Shown: positions 1 through 12,296 of the stretch, one piece after another
Layout of the letters: each line of letters opens with the position of its first letter
Position numbering within the stretch: the first letter of the stretch is position 1
Assembly (NCBI RefSeq): GCF_964355755.1
Contig: NC_092672.1
Coordinates: 13,020,001 to 13,084,000, forward strand
Reading direction: 5' to 3'
Source of the DNA: Antedon mediterranea
Taxonomy: Eukaryota > Animalia > Echinodermata
Length of the DNA: 64,000 nucleotides
The notes under the pieces: model-generated
Database searches by the model: none
Told to the model about the DNA's origin: nothing
What the model saw: the letters and a program-made list of their open reading frames with translations, nothing else
Translations under genes and position numbers: made by a program

Positions 1-179
1 CTGTGTAAATATTACCATCATTTAAATTTCAATACTATTTTAGTTATTCCTAAATACAGAACAAATTTGGTTGCAGTTAATTAATAAAATTAACAATTAA
101 TAATGATATTATTCGTTATTGATATTATGTATACAAACTAATAATTATTACATGCAGTTAAATATGCCTTGGTACTTAC

Positions 180-2763
180 CCCAGCATTTAGTAGAGAGTC
201 CCATCGTGGCCGTAGGTAATACTCAAGTCCATTGGAAGCTCCATCAAGAGTCACACCTCGTATCAGTAATACAATAAGCGAAACGTACGGAAAAGTTGCT
301 GTTACCCAAACAACCTGTATTACAATAAAATTAAGCCTTACGGAAAGTGATAATAATGTATAATATAAACACAATAATACAAAAATCCTGGCGTAAAATT
401 GAATCTATAACTTTAATAAAGAGTAAATCAAAATTCGAAAGTCACCAATGGAAAATGTAACTTTTCCGATTAAAAGTTTTCTACGATGATTATAAACTAA
501 ATAATATGCAGTACAACGATTATGTTGATTAAAAACATACCTTTCCAGAGCCTTTAATACCTTTCCAAAGACAAAAATATACGATAACAAACACTAAGAG
601 AAGGCATAACGCCAGATCCCACTTTACTCCACTAAGTTCACCAATGCCACTCGAATGATGTGCCCCCAAGACTTTGCGACTAAATCAAAAGCAACAAATA
701 AAATGTTAATAAAGTGTTCGTTCAATCAAACTGTTGCCGAGTGAAAATGTCTAATTGAAAAACATTATATTCAGAAGTAAATTCTAGTTTGACCTACTTC
801 AAAATGTCTCTTTAAATCCCAATGTCATATTTCCGGACAAAGTTAATTTCTCTAAATCATTCGCAAAATAACACAAAAATACAAATAAGAATGTTTACTT
901 ACACGAAATATTCCTCTGAAGGGGAAATGAAATTTCTGTCCGATCTATTTGTCATTAGAGGATCTGCACAATTGTTAGTATTCCATGAATTACCACAGCT
1001 CGTCCATGGTAGATTGATTGTTAATGAATTGAACAAGTAATAAAATGACCAAGCTATCACTGTGTTGTAGTAGAATGATACGTACAGATTTATGACGCAG
1101 ATGGAATAGCCGATTCCTAAAACAAGTAATAATGTTTCTAAGTGTGTGCATAATGTACGTTTGCGTATATCTGGTAGCATATGTGGATGTCATGCTATAT
1201 TTATTTTATAATTAAAACATGTTGGTACGACAATGATTTCGTTCTTGTAACAATCCGGCATTGATACTTTATACATAGGATTAATAAAATAATATATGCA
1301 TGGCAATACTTTGAACTTTATAGGTGTAACAATAATTCTGAGAATCTTAAAGGAGATGTTAAAGCAACACGCACGTGTTTTTGCATAAATAATGTGTTTT
1401 TTTATAAGCTACTGTTTAGAACAGAGTGACATAATTCACCCAACACAATCTACTCACTGAATTGATTATCATTACTCGTCAGTGAATAATGTGCTGGATA
1501 ATGAGTAACTATTCAATAATTTACCTCGCTAATAAACTTTACCTTTAAGAAGTGGACATATTCTTTTCCATATGGTGATCGATCCAGTTCGTTGGAATTG
1601 GCCAAGCGCTAATTCCAAATAGAAAAGAGGTACTCCAGCTAAACACGCCATTGTGATATACGGAATCAGAAAAGCACCTTGAATTGAAAATGTAATCAAT
1701 GTATATTTAAAGTAAAGAAATCAACTAGTTAATTTCAGAATCTTTTGGCAGTTATCAACATTTCAAATTTGCTAAGAAATGCTTAGGTAAAAACTAAAGA
1801 TTGTGACATACCTGATTTACAAAAAATACATACAAAGAATATATGTGTGATAGCAATAAATAACATGTTTTGATTATATTCAATAGACATTTTTTATTTA
1901 ACTGTATGGAGAAATAAATCAAAAACTAACGGCTGAATTATGAATTTAGAAGTGCAATTTTTTCTTTTATTCAATAACAGAAAAAGGAAACTGTACAGAA
2001 CACAGCTAAATATGACAATATTGTTCTAGGGCAAACGCTCACATTATGAAAGTATAGGGTTACACAGGAAAATAAGATAACAAAATTGATATAAAAAATG
2101 TCAACAATAACAACATTTTAAAGCTTTCACATTAGCGGTCATATGCATGTATAGGACAACTGTGCATGAGATGGAGAAGAAAAAACTCTCTGAACTGGAA
2201 ATTCGTTGAACATTGGATTGATGTCTACATAGATATTGTACAATGCATTTGTTTCCATACAAGTTTCAACAATATTTATACCAAACAATGATAATCGTTT
2301 CGTCTTTTATGGATGTACCCCATATTGCTTAACGTATGCACAATACATACATTTACACATTACCAAATATTAAAATAAAATAACTTTCACAATTAATTTC
2401 AAAGAGAACATGTTTGTTTCCTCCACGCCTTCATTTGTAACCTAATAAAACAAATTATAAACACGATTTACCTCCGCCATTTTTGTAGCAAATATAAGGA
2501 AATCTCCAAACGTTTCCTAAATCAACTGCGAAACCAATTACAGATAAGAGGAAATCCACTTTCTTATTCCATGTTTCACGATTGGCGTGTTTCGCTCCTT
2601 TCCCATCATCTGTCTGTAATGTTACTTCGCTATTAAATACAGTTGACGTACTATTAAAACTCACATTACGTTTAACTCCGTTTGTTATTTCACTGTCATC
2701 ACTATATGTAGGCCTATTCTTTTGAATGCATCGACTTTTCTGAAAAGATATACAGCTCCCCAT
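180..2763 (-). CDS. SLC6A4: SLC6 monoamine transporter, serotonin-transporter-like; 5' five coding exons only (gene continues beyond left edge). Exons: 2763-2472, 1677-1543, 1116-903, 679-541, 314-180
   Basis: Spliced translation gives [43 protein letters not shown]...LELALGQ.../[19 protein letters not shown]...[11 protein letters not shown].../[21 protein letters not shown]1 Asp marks the monoamine clade; DLGNVW, GIGYSIC and YYNT are SERT-like. All junctions GT-AG and in phase. Family certain, orthology to SERT is inference. Confidence 0.85.
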
Positions 2764-5700
2764 TGTTTCTCTTTTTCTAACCCTCTGGTAAATTTCAAAC
2801 CGAGAGCCAACAATATAAAGCCAACGCCAACTTCTCTATGCTCTTAAAATATAAATACATTTCTTTTTATAGTATAATACGATTTGTAAAACTGTGAATA
2901 CAATTATAGTATAATCATTATAAATTAATGTCAGATTTAAAGAACAAATAAAATGGTGATGTAGCATCATCATTGGACTAATTAGACTCCCATGACAATT
3001 AGAAGAATCAATTATATAGCTCAATGAACTTAATTAATATATGTGTCAAGTACGGTACCAAATATTAATTGATTCCGTCCTATTCCAATTCCCTTTTGTT
3101 ATGGTATTTTACTTTATGTGCGCAAATATAGTTCCATATGAACCGTTTATAATCATAGAGTTTAATATCAGGTCAGTTAGTCAATTTAGCTAGGAACTAA
3201 GGCCTAATACCAAACGAAATAAATCCATTTTTTTTTCTCAGTAACAGAATGCAAAAACAATGATTGATCTCTTTTTTTGAGTGCAATATTTGACGGTTAG
3301 CATTGCATTGGCTCTCTACTTTTCTTTAACTTTAATGTTTGTGCTTCTGCATTTTTTTGCTGGAATAACGGTTGTTTTTTAGGTATTGACAAAGGTTTGT
3401 CCCAAATACGTGATTTTCTTCCATTTATTAGGCCGCCTTTCCAGTTCCTATATTATTATATGCCAGTTTTTATTGGACCTATTAAATATTAGTGCCTACC
3501 ATAAAACCTAAATCATCATTAAATTTGTCATATGTCATATCAGGATATCTCGTTCGATACACAGAATTATACGTATTGTAGGCAAAAGGTATCAACCCAT
3601 TGTAACCGCTACACACAACACGAAAGAATTAAAGTATCGACTTAAGGTTGAGGTGAGCGGAGTTCAAGTTAAATGGGGGATGGTGAAACTAGACACATAT
3701 AGATAATAATAAATAGGCATAAATTAAAAGGAGTACAAAATAGTTGGCTTGTAGTAGATATATTATTATCATTATTATTCTAATTCATAATACAAAGAGA
3801 TTTAGATAAATAACTTATTTGCTGACAACTGCCAGTCGGGGAACTTGTTCTCTTTTGGCGTGGTAAACATGTTCGAAGTTTGATAATATACACTTCACAT
3901 ATTTCCTCGTCTGTCTGTGGACTTTACACACGGATTCCAACTTAGGCAATATTCCCTCAACCTGAACTTGTTGAGCAAGGAATAACTTTAAATAAAACTT
4001 CTTTTGGAACGATGGAGGACCTGGCTGCTCTCAATAGAGTACATAGCCGTTTGTATTTAACTGTATATTTATATATATAACTACAGAAATCCTTATACAG
4101 GCTTCAGTAAATGATAATTTAGGTTTAGCTAATCATAGAATATTGAGTAGCAGGGTCAATATTACTATATACTCTATCTTACATTATAAACATACAATTA
4201 GCAATAAGTAGACAACATTGTCGAACATTTATATATTTACAATATATCAAATTGTATCTAAGATGAAAAAAGGCATTGCTAAGGTTTATTTCATTTTAAT
4301 AACAAAAAATACATAAAAGGTAATACTAACTAGCTATGTATGTATTAACTTTTTAAACTTCTTTTGTAAGTGTATAGAAAAATATAAGAAAATTAAATGA
4401 AAAAAGGAGGTAATACGGAATTCAAAAATGTTACTGATGAAGCATGTTATGATTGTATGTAATGACATGGAAGATAAAATGAATGTGAATAAAGTTGTGT
4501 TTACGCTACAAAAGAGAAAAAAGGCTATGTACAACTAAATATTAAGCTGTAGTGTTTGTTTTTTCTCAACTCTGCAGCAGTCTATTTTATATGACTTGGT
4601 CCCCACCATGTTTTCCAAAATACATGCCTGGTCCACTCTGTAATGACAGATGATGGTGGCCTTATCTCCTTATTTGGAGTTTGATCAGCTGAAATTTGAT
4701 AAATTTAGTCTCATAATAATTAATTCATACTCAAAGTATGCTGATGGTCAGCAATATCTTTGTTTGGTTAGTAAATAGGAATGTGATAATGTTGCATTTG
4801 CTTTCGACTGGCACACTTTTGTGGCATGGGTTACCCTTCTTGCCTTGGACTGGCCTACATTTGTAGCCTGAGATACACTATGTCCTAGATGATTGATAAT
4901 AATGATTATAACGAGAAAGATTGTTTTAGTTCCATTTAATTCCATTCTATTTATTATAAAATTTGCATAAAATAGAGGCCTACATAGATAAATTGGGTTG
5001 CTCCGATAGCATATTACAATACAAAAAAAAAACGAGAAGTGTACGGTACAAAAGTCATGACACATCTCTAACATTCAGTGCTCTAATGGCAGATGGGTAA
5101 AAAAACTACGGAATCTATTTAGGCCTATACTATATCAAAAAATCCATCTGGACATCGACTCGACATGACAAAATACCAAACATCAACACTGTATCATCCT
5201 CTTTAACACACAATCATCGTCATTATCATCATCGATAGTTAATGGGCAAATATTCATCATATCCTCGTCATTATCATCACTAATTAGTAGGCCCTACTTG
5301 GTAATCACTGTGACTTCGAAATGTCATCTTTAATGATCTATTAGTATTAATAATTAGGTAGGTAGGTATATTATTCGATACCCTTATTAATCATTATCAT
5401 CAATCTTTACTGGGTCATCCTAATTATATAAAAAAGTTATCAAAAAAAAAACAACCAAACAATACAAATATAAGCTAAACATGTGTCAACACGTGACAGT
5501 TGTAAAGCATGCTTTAATTTGCTAAATATGTCAGCACATGTCAAGTGTTTACGCTAATGTAATTACATTTGCTATATTTAATTAACGGTTGACCGAACGT
5601 ACCATTACACTAGCTAAGGTGTACCTGTATATCACAAATGCATTTATTGTATGCCTATATTTACCCCCAGAAAATTAAACACGGTATATAAAACCCGGCT

Positions 5701-5820
5701 TTAAATCTGAAATTAAACATTTCTAATCTCCGCGGTTGGTTGGTGATATTACAATTGCTCGTTTCCTGAGACAATACGGCCAAGCGTGGAGAGGCGGCAA
5801 CTTATTAAACAGCAATAAGT

Positions 5821-6152
5821 CCTATATAGCTTAATATCGTGTGCTCACGAGTTAATAAAAATGCATACATGAGTTGTCGATCGAAACTCTTCCGAAGAAT
5901 ACATCGTGGCCGTGCAACTTAATAGGTTTATGACGTTCTGCATTGCAATTGAAATCTAACGTAAAGAGCCACTTGTTGATTGTAGCCTGGTTTGAAAACG
6001 GTAACATCATATTTTTTCTCATGGTGAGTGCATGCCAATACATTCGTGGTCCAGCCTTGTATCCCATGTCAAGTAGTATTATATTATTCAACATTGGTTT
6101 TCATCAGAATTTGTCTACTTTGATATAATTATTCATTGAAGGATTTTCGAAG
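5821..6152 (+). promoter_or_regulatory. Possible TATA promoter and non-coding first exon of the DAT-like gene
   Basis: CTATATAG at about 5822, GC-richer stretch, strong donor AAG|GTAAGT at 6152/6153; an unpaired acceptor (TTTTTTCAG) lies just upstream of the DAT ATG at about 12285. A second candidate donor CTG|GTGAGT lies near 10514. Confidence 0.3.
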
Positions 6153-8800
6153 GTAAGTTTTTACCCTAATTTTAGGCCTATAAGGTATTTATTTTTATTT
6201 TTATTTATTCATTTCCCAACCATAGGCCTATTATAATTAAACTTTATTATTACAATGCTTGTCCCGATGATCATTAATATTTCAGAAATTTACGTTTACA
6301 TTTTAAAATCCTTCTATTCGGCCTAGCCTAAATGGTAATTACTGCAGCTATGGAACAATAACGTAGGCCTATACTTTATTCAAAATTCACATGATTTATC
6401 CGTGACGGAGTTCCATTCAAACCATAATAGTTATCCAATAAATTGTTAGGAATCTATATCTAGATACATTTATTAAAAATGTTATGACTAAATTTTAAAT
6501 ACTAATGGGCTACCGTGAAAATAAATAATAATAATAATATGTAATTTGGAATGGGTTCTATCGAATAAGTAGTGCTGAAAAGAATGTGAATGTCTTAGTT
6601 AAGAAAAAAAATACGACGCTTTGGAAATAAAAATGTATCCGTTGTTCAACATTGTTGATCTGTCACAATTTAAATTAATTTTCTTTTGCCTAAATGCTAC
6701 CCAAAATAAACCGCTCTTTGTATATAACAACAAAGAAACGTCTAAGTAAACATTTTAAAGGAATGTTTGCTTTTTAGAACTCAATGTCGACAAACATGTT
6801 TAAACATCAAAGCCGTCACTATGCCATGGGAATATTTTTTTTAAAAAGCGCAGTCATGTGTCTGAAATTAGCGTCCTATTTCTACTAACTAAATTACTAC
6901 AATAATTATTATATAGCCCGAATTAATTGATTCTCTCGAATCAAAATAATTGTATTTCTTTTCTTTTGCTCAATAATGGATTAGAAACTTAGAAACCTAA
7001 AACTTAGGCCTACAGATCTTTTATTGTCATACAAACCAAAATAGTACAGTATGAAATTTGTCTTCTTGCAAAAATCCAACAATTTTATCAACAATGAAAA
7101 TTCTAATTATCTTATCTAGGTTTGTTTTGATTAAATACACTGACTGCTGAAGGTAGAAAGGAATTCCTAAATCAAGTTGTTTTAATACGCATCATTCTTA
7201 ATCTACCAGAATTATTAGCTATAACTCTCATGCAAGGGATGCGTATCATCATCGATAATATATTTAACTTTCTTATTTACAAGATCATTGCACATGTTTT
7301 CTAAAGGGTTTAAGTTTACGTTAAAGATTTTGCTAGCTGTATTCACTACCCTATTCAGTCTATTGTAATTGGCTTAATAATAATACTTAATCTTACTTAG
7401 GTAGAATAGGGAAATTCTTATACAAACTAGAACTACCGTCGTAGTGGCAATAAGTACTGCACAAATGTTAAATACAAAATGATAATAATTTAACAACAAA
7501 AGTATAACGTAGCATAATAACAATAACGTGAACTCAAACTGTCTCATGATACTCTCGTCTACCTTATTTTGGAATTTCTGATTTTATTAGATTTACTTCT
7601 ATCAGAGAGATACACGTTTTATTATTGATGATGCAAAACTGTACTGTTGGTTTCTGAAATATAATAATTGTCACAATAATTATAGGCCTAATAATTGAAT
7701 TGTGTATTTGTACAAAATGTAATCAAATTTCAATTCATATTTATTTACATTGGATATTTACATAATTCAAATCATAGACTATAAACCATTTCAAATTTCA
7801 AAACAGCTTGGTTTTGTTTGAATTTAACCGATAAGACCTATTTAGTCTTGAAATAATTATTTTTAATCTTCTTTTCGTGATTAACTTTATCAAAACTGCA
7901 AAAATGAGAAAACATTCAGTTCTTGAAATTGGCGTTTCATAACGTCCATCTAAAATTTCAGCTATGTCATTTTTGCATTGTGGGAATCAATGCCTAAATC
8001 GGTTGTCAGATCGGACAAGGTAGGCTAACTCGACGTTTTTAAAATTGTTTGGAGCATAATGTATACTGGAAATTAATCTCGAACTTGTCCTTCTGATATG
8101 GAGGTTCAAGGGATCTTGAAGGACAGGCTTACTATTGTGAAAATAACGCCTACCTTTGTATGATATAGATCTAAGTATCATGATGCCAACAGTAGTTGGA
8201 TAAAGCAATATAATTCAATTTATTCAGAAGAGTGTTTTAATTGAATTGTCTTTTTCCGCAATTAGCATATCTTCACAATTGAATATCATTTCAAAACCTT
8301 TAAATTCTCCATTACTGTATTATAACATATTTAATATTAATTTGTTTGATTAGGCCTATCTACATAAATAATAATTTACTTAAGAGAAATGAAAGAAATA
8401 AAATGAAAATTAAAAATAAAGCTTTAAGGTCGTATCATTCGTAACCTATTATTTTCTAGTTTTCCATTTCTTTCTTCAAAATGTTATGTAACATTCTACA
8501 GCATTCGGATATTCTAATTTGAAACCTGTTGTAGCCTATTACCATCTATTCATAGATTCAAACTAGTTTATGTGTAAATTGTCGTATTTCGATTTTATTT
8601 CTATAAGTTCTGTTCAATTTGTTTTTACATCAGAATTTTTTAATAATGTTCCTTTTTTTAAATCGACTTATTCGCTTACTCTGGTAAGTCAGTGGTTTAT
8701 TAAGTGTAAAGTATTGAATCGCTTAGTGTTGGTTTAATTACTGTGATCTACATTATAGGCCCATAACGTTAATTGCATGATTCATAGAATATTACCCGAA

Positions 8801-8937
8801 GTTCTGTCTACACAATTATTTTTTTTTTGTGATCAAAAATGTGATGTGGGCATGGAAACGATGACATCATACCACTGCCCTATCTGGGCACATCAAACAT
8901 TTGTTTTTTAAAATATCTTGATAGTGTAGACAGAGCT
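8801..8937. mobile_element. PIF/Harbinger-type MITE, family with TIR AGCTCTGTCTACACTATC (degenerate copy)
   Basis: AAGTTCTGTCTACAC ... GATAGTGTAGACAGAGCT ends, internal ATGTGATGTG/GGGCACATCA arms; similar copy at 57129-57280. Confidence 0.6.
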
Positions 8938-10711
8938 TATTATAGCTTTTATATTAGCTTTTATTATTTTATACCTTATTACCTTACCTTATAAAATAAG
9001 GCAACTCAGGTTGGAATTGAAAAATAAGAAGAATATATGTTCAAATACTGGTAGGCCTATTATACAATGCAAATTTGTTTTATTATTGTTAGTTTACAGT
9101 TTTCGTTAAAAATTGAATTTCAATAAAATGTATAACTACAGTTGAGTGAAATCCATTAGAAAGCGAACAAAATAATGTTTTATTTTATCGTTATAATTTG
9201 ATAAATATAGGAGACAATAAAAACAAATAGCAAAAATGAAAACATGTTTATAATCAGTAGTATACGTTTCAAGCTTTTGTATATTGATAAATTGTTAAAT
9301 CTTTTGGATTATTACTTAATGCCTCGAGTAAAGTATCCAACAAAATGTCACAGTTAATGAAATACACGAACCAGCATACAGTTCAATTCAGAGATTATCA
9401 AACAAATAAATGAAAATTATCTTCAATGCTAGACGCCAATAATATTCATAATCGTCTACATCCGAAACTCAGAAAAAACTACAACAAACGGTTAAATAAT
9501 CAATAGTAAAACGTATCGTGAAATATAAAATAAACTATTTGGATTAAAAGATAAGACAAACCGTAAATCACATTTAAAGAGCCTATATTTTGATTTCTTG
9601 GTACAATAAAGGAAAAATGAAACATATGATATAATGTTTTTAAAATGAGGAGAAAACACACGTAGTTATGTGTATAAAATTTGAATTAATAAAATCATAC
9701 GTTTTTAAGGATGGTATTTCTATATAAACTCGGTCAGGCGTCAGAAATTTCACAACCGATTAGTCAATGCACAACTAACGGTGTAATTTTACTCATGTAA
9801 TGAAACTAACACCGGTGATGCATCATTATTTGGAGGTTTGTCAACATTTAAAGGCAATTTTTTAATTCATGTCATGTCCATAGAAGCATCATGTTTATAT
9901 TGAACGCCAATGGTTATTCAATATCCGATTAGACGAGTGAACAACTAAGTATTTCGTTTATATTACACTTATTATTGTATTTTGTATTGCTAAAAACATT
10001 ATATGACATAATATAATAATGAGTCATTGACATTGAAACCAGATCGAAAACCAAATCGGTTATCATTGATTGTGATTTCATTCACATTGTTGAATTACCA
10101 GCCATTTTAAGATTATAATAACATTTTATAACTGTCAATAATTTGCTAATTTCTAACACAACGTTAGTTCAACATAAAACAAATAGAAAAAGAGATTCAA
10201 ACACCGCCAAGTCAGAAACACGACCAGAAAAAATTGTCAACGTGTCTCACAGTTTGAATCACTTCATTTTATATGAAGATTGAAATGAATACTTCGACAC
10301 ATTGTGCGAACTCAATGATTTTGATAAGGTTAATTAGAACCGTTGATGGTAGGTCAATATTTTTCTATTAAGTTTCTTTATTAAAACCATTATATTAAAG
10401 GTGTAAATATTGACATTGTTAAGATATATTATCTTTTAAACGGGTGTGCCGTAGAAACAGTACAGGATACAGTAAGTAAAAACCTTCTGAATACTTGATT
10501 CACAACTCTGACTGGTGAGTTTTTCTATTTACCAACAAAAACAAAATCTTTCTTAAAATACATTCCACTCTTTGCGGTATATATGTCTAAAAATATATTA
10601 TGTTATTATCCCAAACAGGACCTTTATTTTTATTTTAACCGTTTTTATTTCTTTTTAATATTTTGATCACATAATATTATTGTAATTGTTTTATTTTTAA
10701 AGACTTTTTTT

Positions 10712-11466
10712 AGTCGCGTGGACGCGACTCTATAGTTCATTATGTCGGTCGGTCGGTCGGTCTGTCGGTCTGTCGGTCTGTTGGTCTGTCGGTCTGTCGG
10801 TCTGTCTGTCGGTCCGGTATCACTATGCGTTTTATCGCTTTCTGACCTTATCTTGATATCAGTTTAATCTAGCTAAGTCAATTTTTCACAGTATATTCCT
10901 TATGGCCAGGAATCGATGTGGTTATGTTTTCACGGTGCGCAATAAAAAATCACGCGGTCTACGCACGATTTAACGAAATCACGTTTGTAATCATATCTTC
11001 ACAACCATGAATCATAATAAAATAAAATTTGGTACTCATAAATTTCAGGGCATAAATCATCATATGGCAATACAATTACGTGGGTAGCGCATGTAACGCA
11101 TGCGTACGCGCGCTTAAAATTTTCAAAATTTATTTTCGATGAAATAAGAGTACGTTTCAGGCAATTTTAAGCGTTTACAAAATTGCCATGAGTGCGCAGA
11201 TTTTTGCGGGCGCACTGCGCGTTAAATGTTATCTCGCACTCTTTTTGCCCGATTTCTGTTTTCTTGACTTACTTTTCAACTCGAAATTACCTTATACGAG
11301 CACGTCAAAAGTGACAGGCTACGCACGTGTAAATTAAAAAAATATAAATGTTTTTAAACATTTCAACATTTTTAAACATGTTCAGTAATTTCGGTCAGTT
11401 GGTAGGTTGGTCGGTCGGTCGGTAAACACTAATGAGCACGCGACTGCAGCCATCTATATGGCCTTG
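10712..11466 (+). mobile_element. Non-autonomous Helentron / DINE-1-like element (HINE), family 1
   Basis: Inserted in a T run; 5' subTIR plus inverted repeat AGTCGCGT-GG-ACGCGACT; (GTCG/GTCT)n microsatellite; 3' subTIR CACGCGACT; 3' hairpin GCCAT-CTAT-ATGGC then TTGTT. Near-identical copy at 16029-16743. Confidence 0.85.
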
Positions 11467-11689
11467 TTTTATTCATTATTGATTTAATCTATATTGCTAT
11501 AACTTTGATCGTACACCATTTTTTGACTGAATTGTATTGATTTACTTAACATTTGCTATTTGCTTGTTTTTAGTCTGACTCTACAGCTCACTATGTCTTT
11601 ATTTATTTATTTATTTTTTTATTTATTCGACTTCTCACTAACTCAGTTAGTGAAGGATCTGTACCAACAGGTGGTAAACACCTCTAAAA

Positions 11690-11965
11690 CGGTCCAGTCC
11701 CATTTTGCACAGTGGCTGTGTGTGACAGTGGCTGTGTTTGTGTGGACTAGTACACCGGGGTAACCCCCTACTCGTCTCGAAAGATGTACTAGGTTCTTTA
11801 AAGTGCGCATGAGCTATGTGTACACTGGACCTACGGTTTATAGTCCTTATCCGAGAAAACTCGTTCTACCACCAGAACCATGGAGCGAGTGAGCCTCGAA
11901 CCCTTGCCGATGTTATGGCTACGTAATTACGGTTCCACTGTCTTAACCGCTCGGCCGCTCACTCG
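11690..11965 (-). mobile_element. tRNA-headed SINE with Deu/Nin-like central domain
   Basis: Reverse strand reads GAGTGAGCGGCCGAGCGGTTAAG (A box) ... GGGTTCGAGGC (B box) ... GGATAAGGACTATAAACCGTAGGTCC ... GCACTTTAAAGAACCTAG ... TTTCGAGACGAGTAGGGGGTTACCCCGGTGTACT; copies at 31022-31149 and 37530-37812. Confidence 0.8.
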
Positions 11966-12044
11966 CTGTCGGTCGGTTGGTCGGTCGGTTGATCGGTAAA
12001 CACTAACTTGAGCACGCGACTGTAGCCATGGTATATGGCCTTGT
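11966..12044 (+). mobile_element. Isolated 3' end of HINE family 1
   Basis: GGTCGG repeats, GCACGCGACT, hairpin GCCAT..ATGGC, CTTGTT; matches 11400-11466. Confidence 0.75.
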
Positions 12045-12296
12045 TATACAGAAATCTTTATTTATTTTGTTATGGGTTGTTTAGTTTAGACTTCAGTTTC
12101 ATGAAGTGTGCAACATTAATAAAAGTGTAAACAAGTTTGATTTGCGTAACTGACATAATTAGTTTTTGGTACAATCGGTTGTGGAGAGTAAATCAGTTTT
12201 ATCTACATTCATTTTACCCGCAGTAAAGATAGTGTTTCTTAAAAGAAATTATTATACATTCACATCTAAAAGCACTTTTTTTCAGAGGATACAAAT

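Noticed and set aside
7987-8208. 73-aa minus ORF, faintly like a CR1-type LINE 3' end
   Set aside because: Similarity too weak to call without a profile search.
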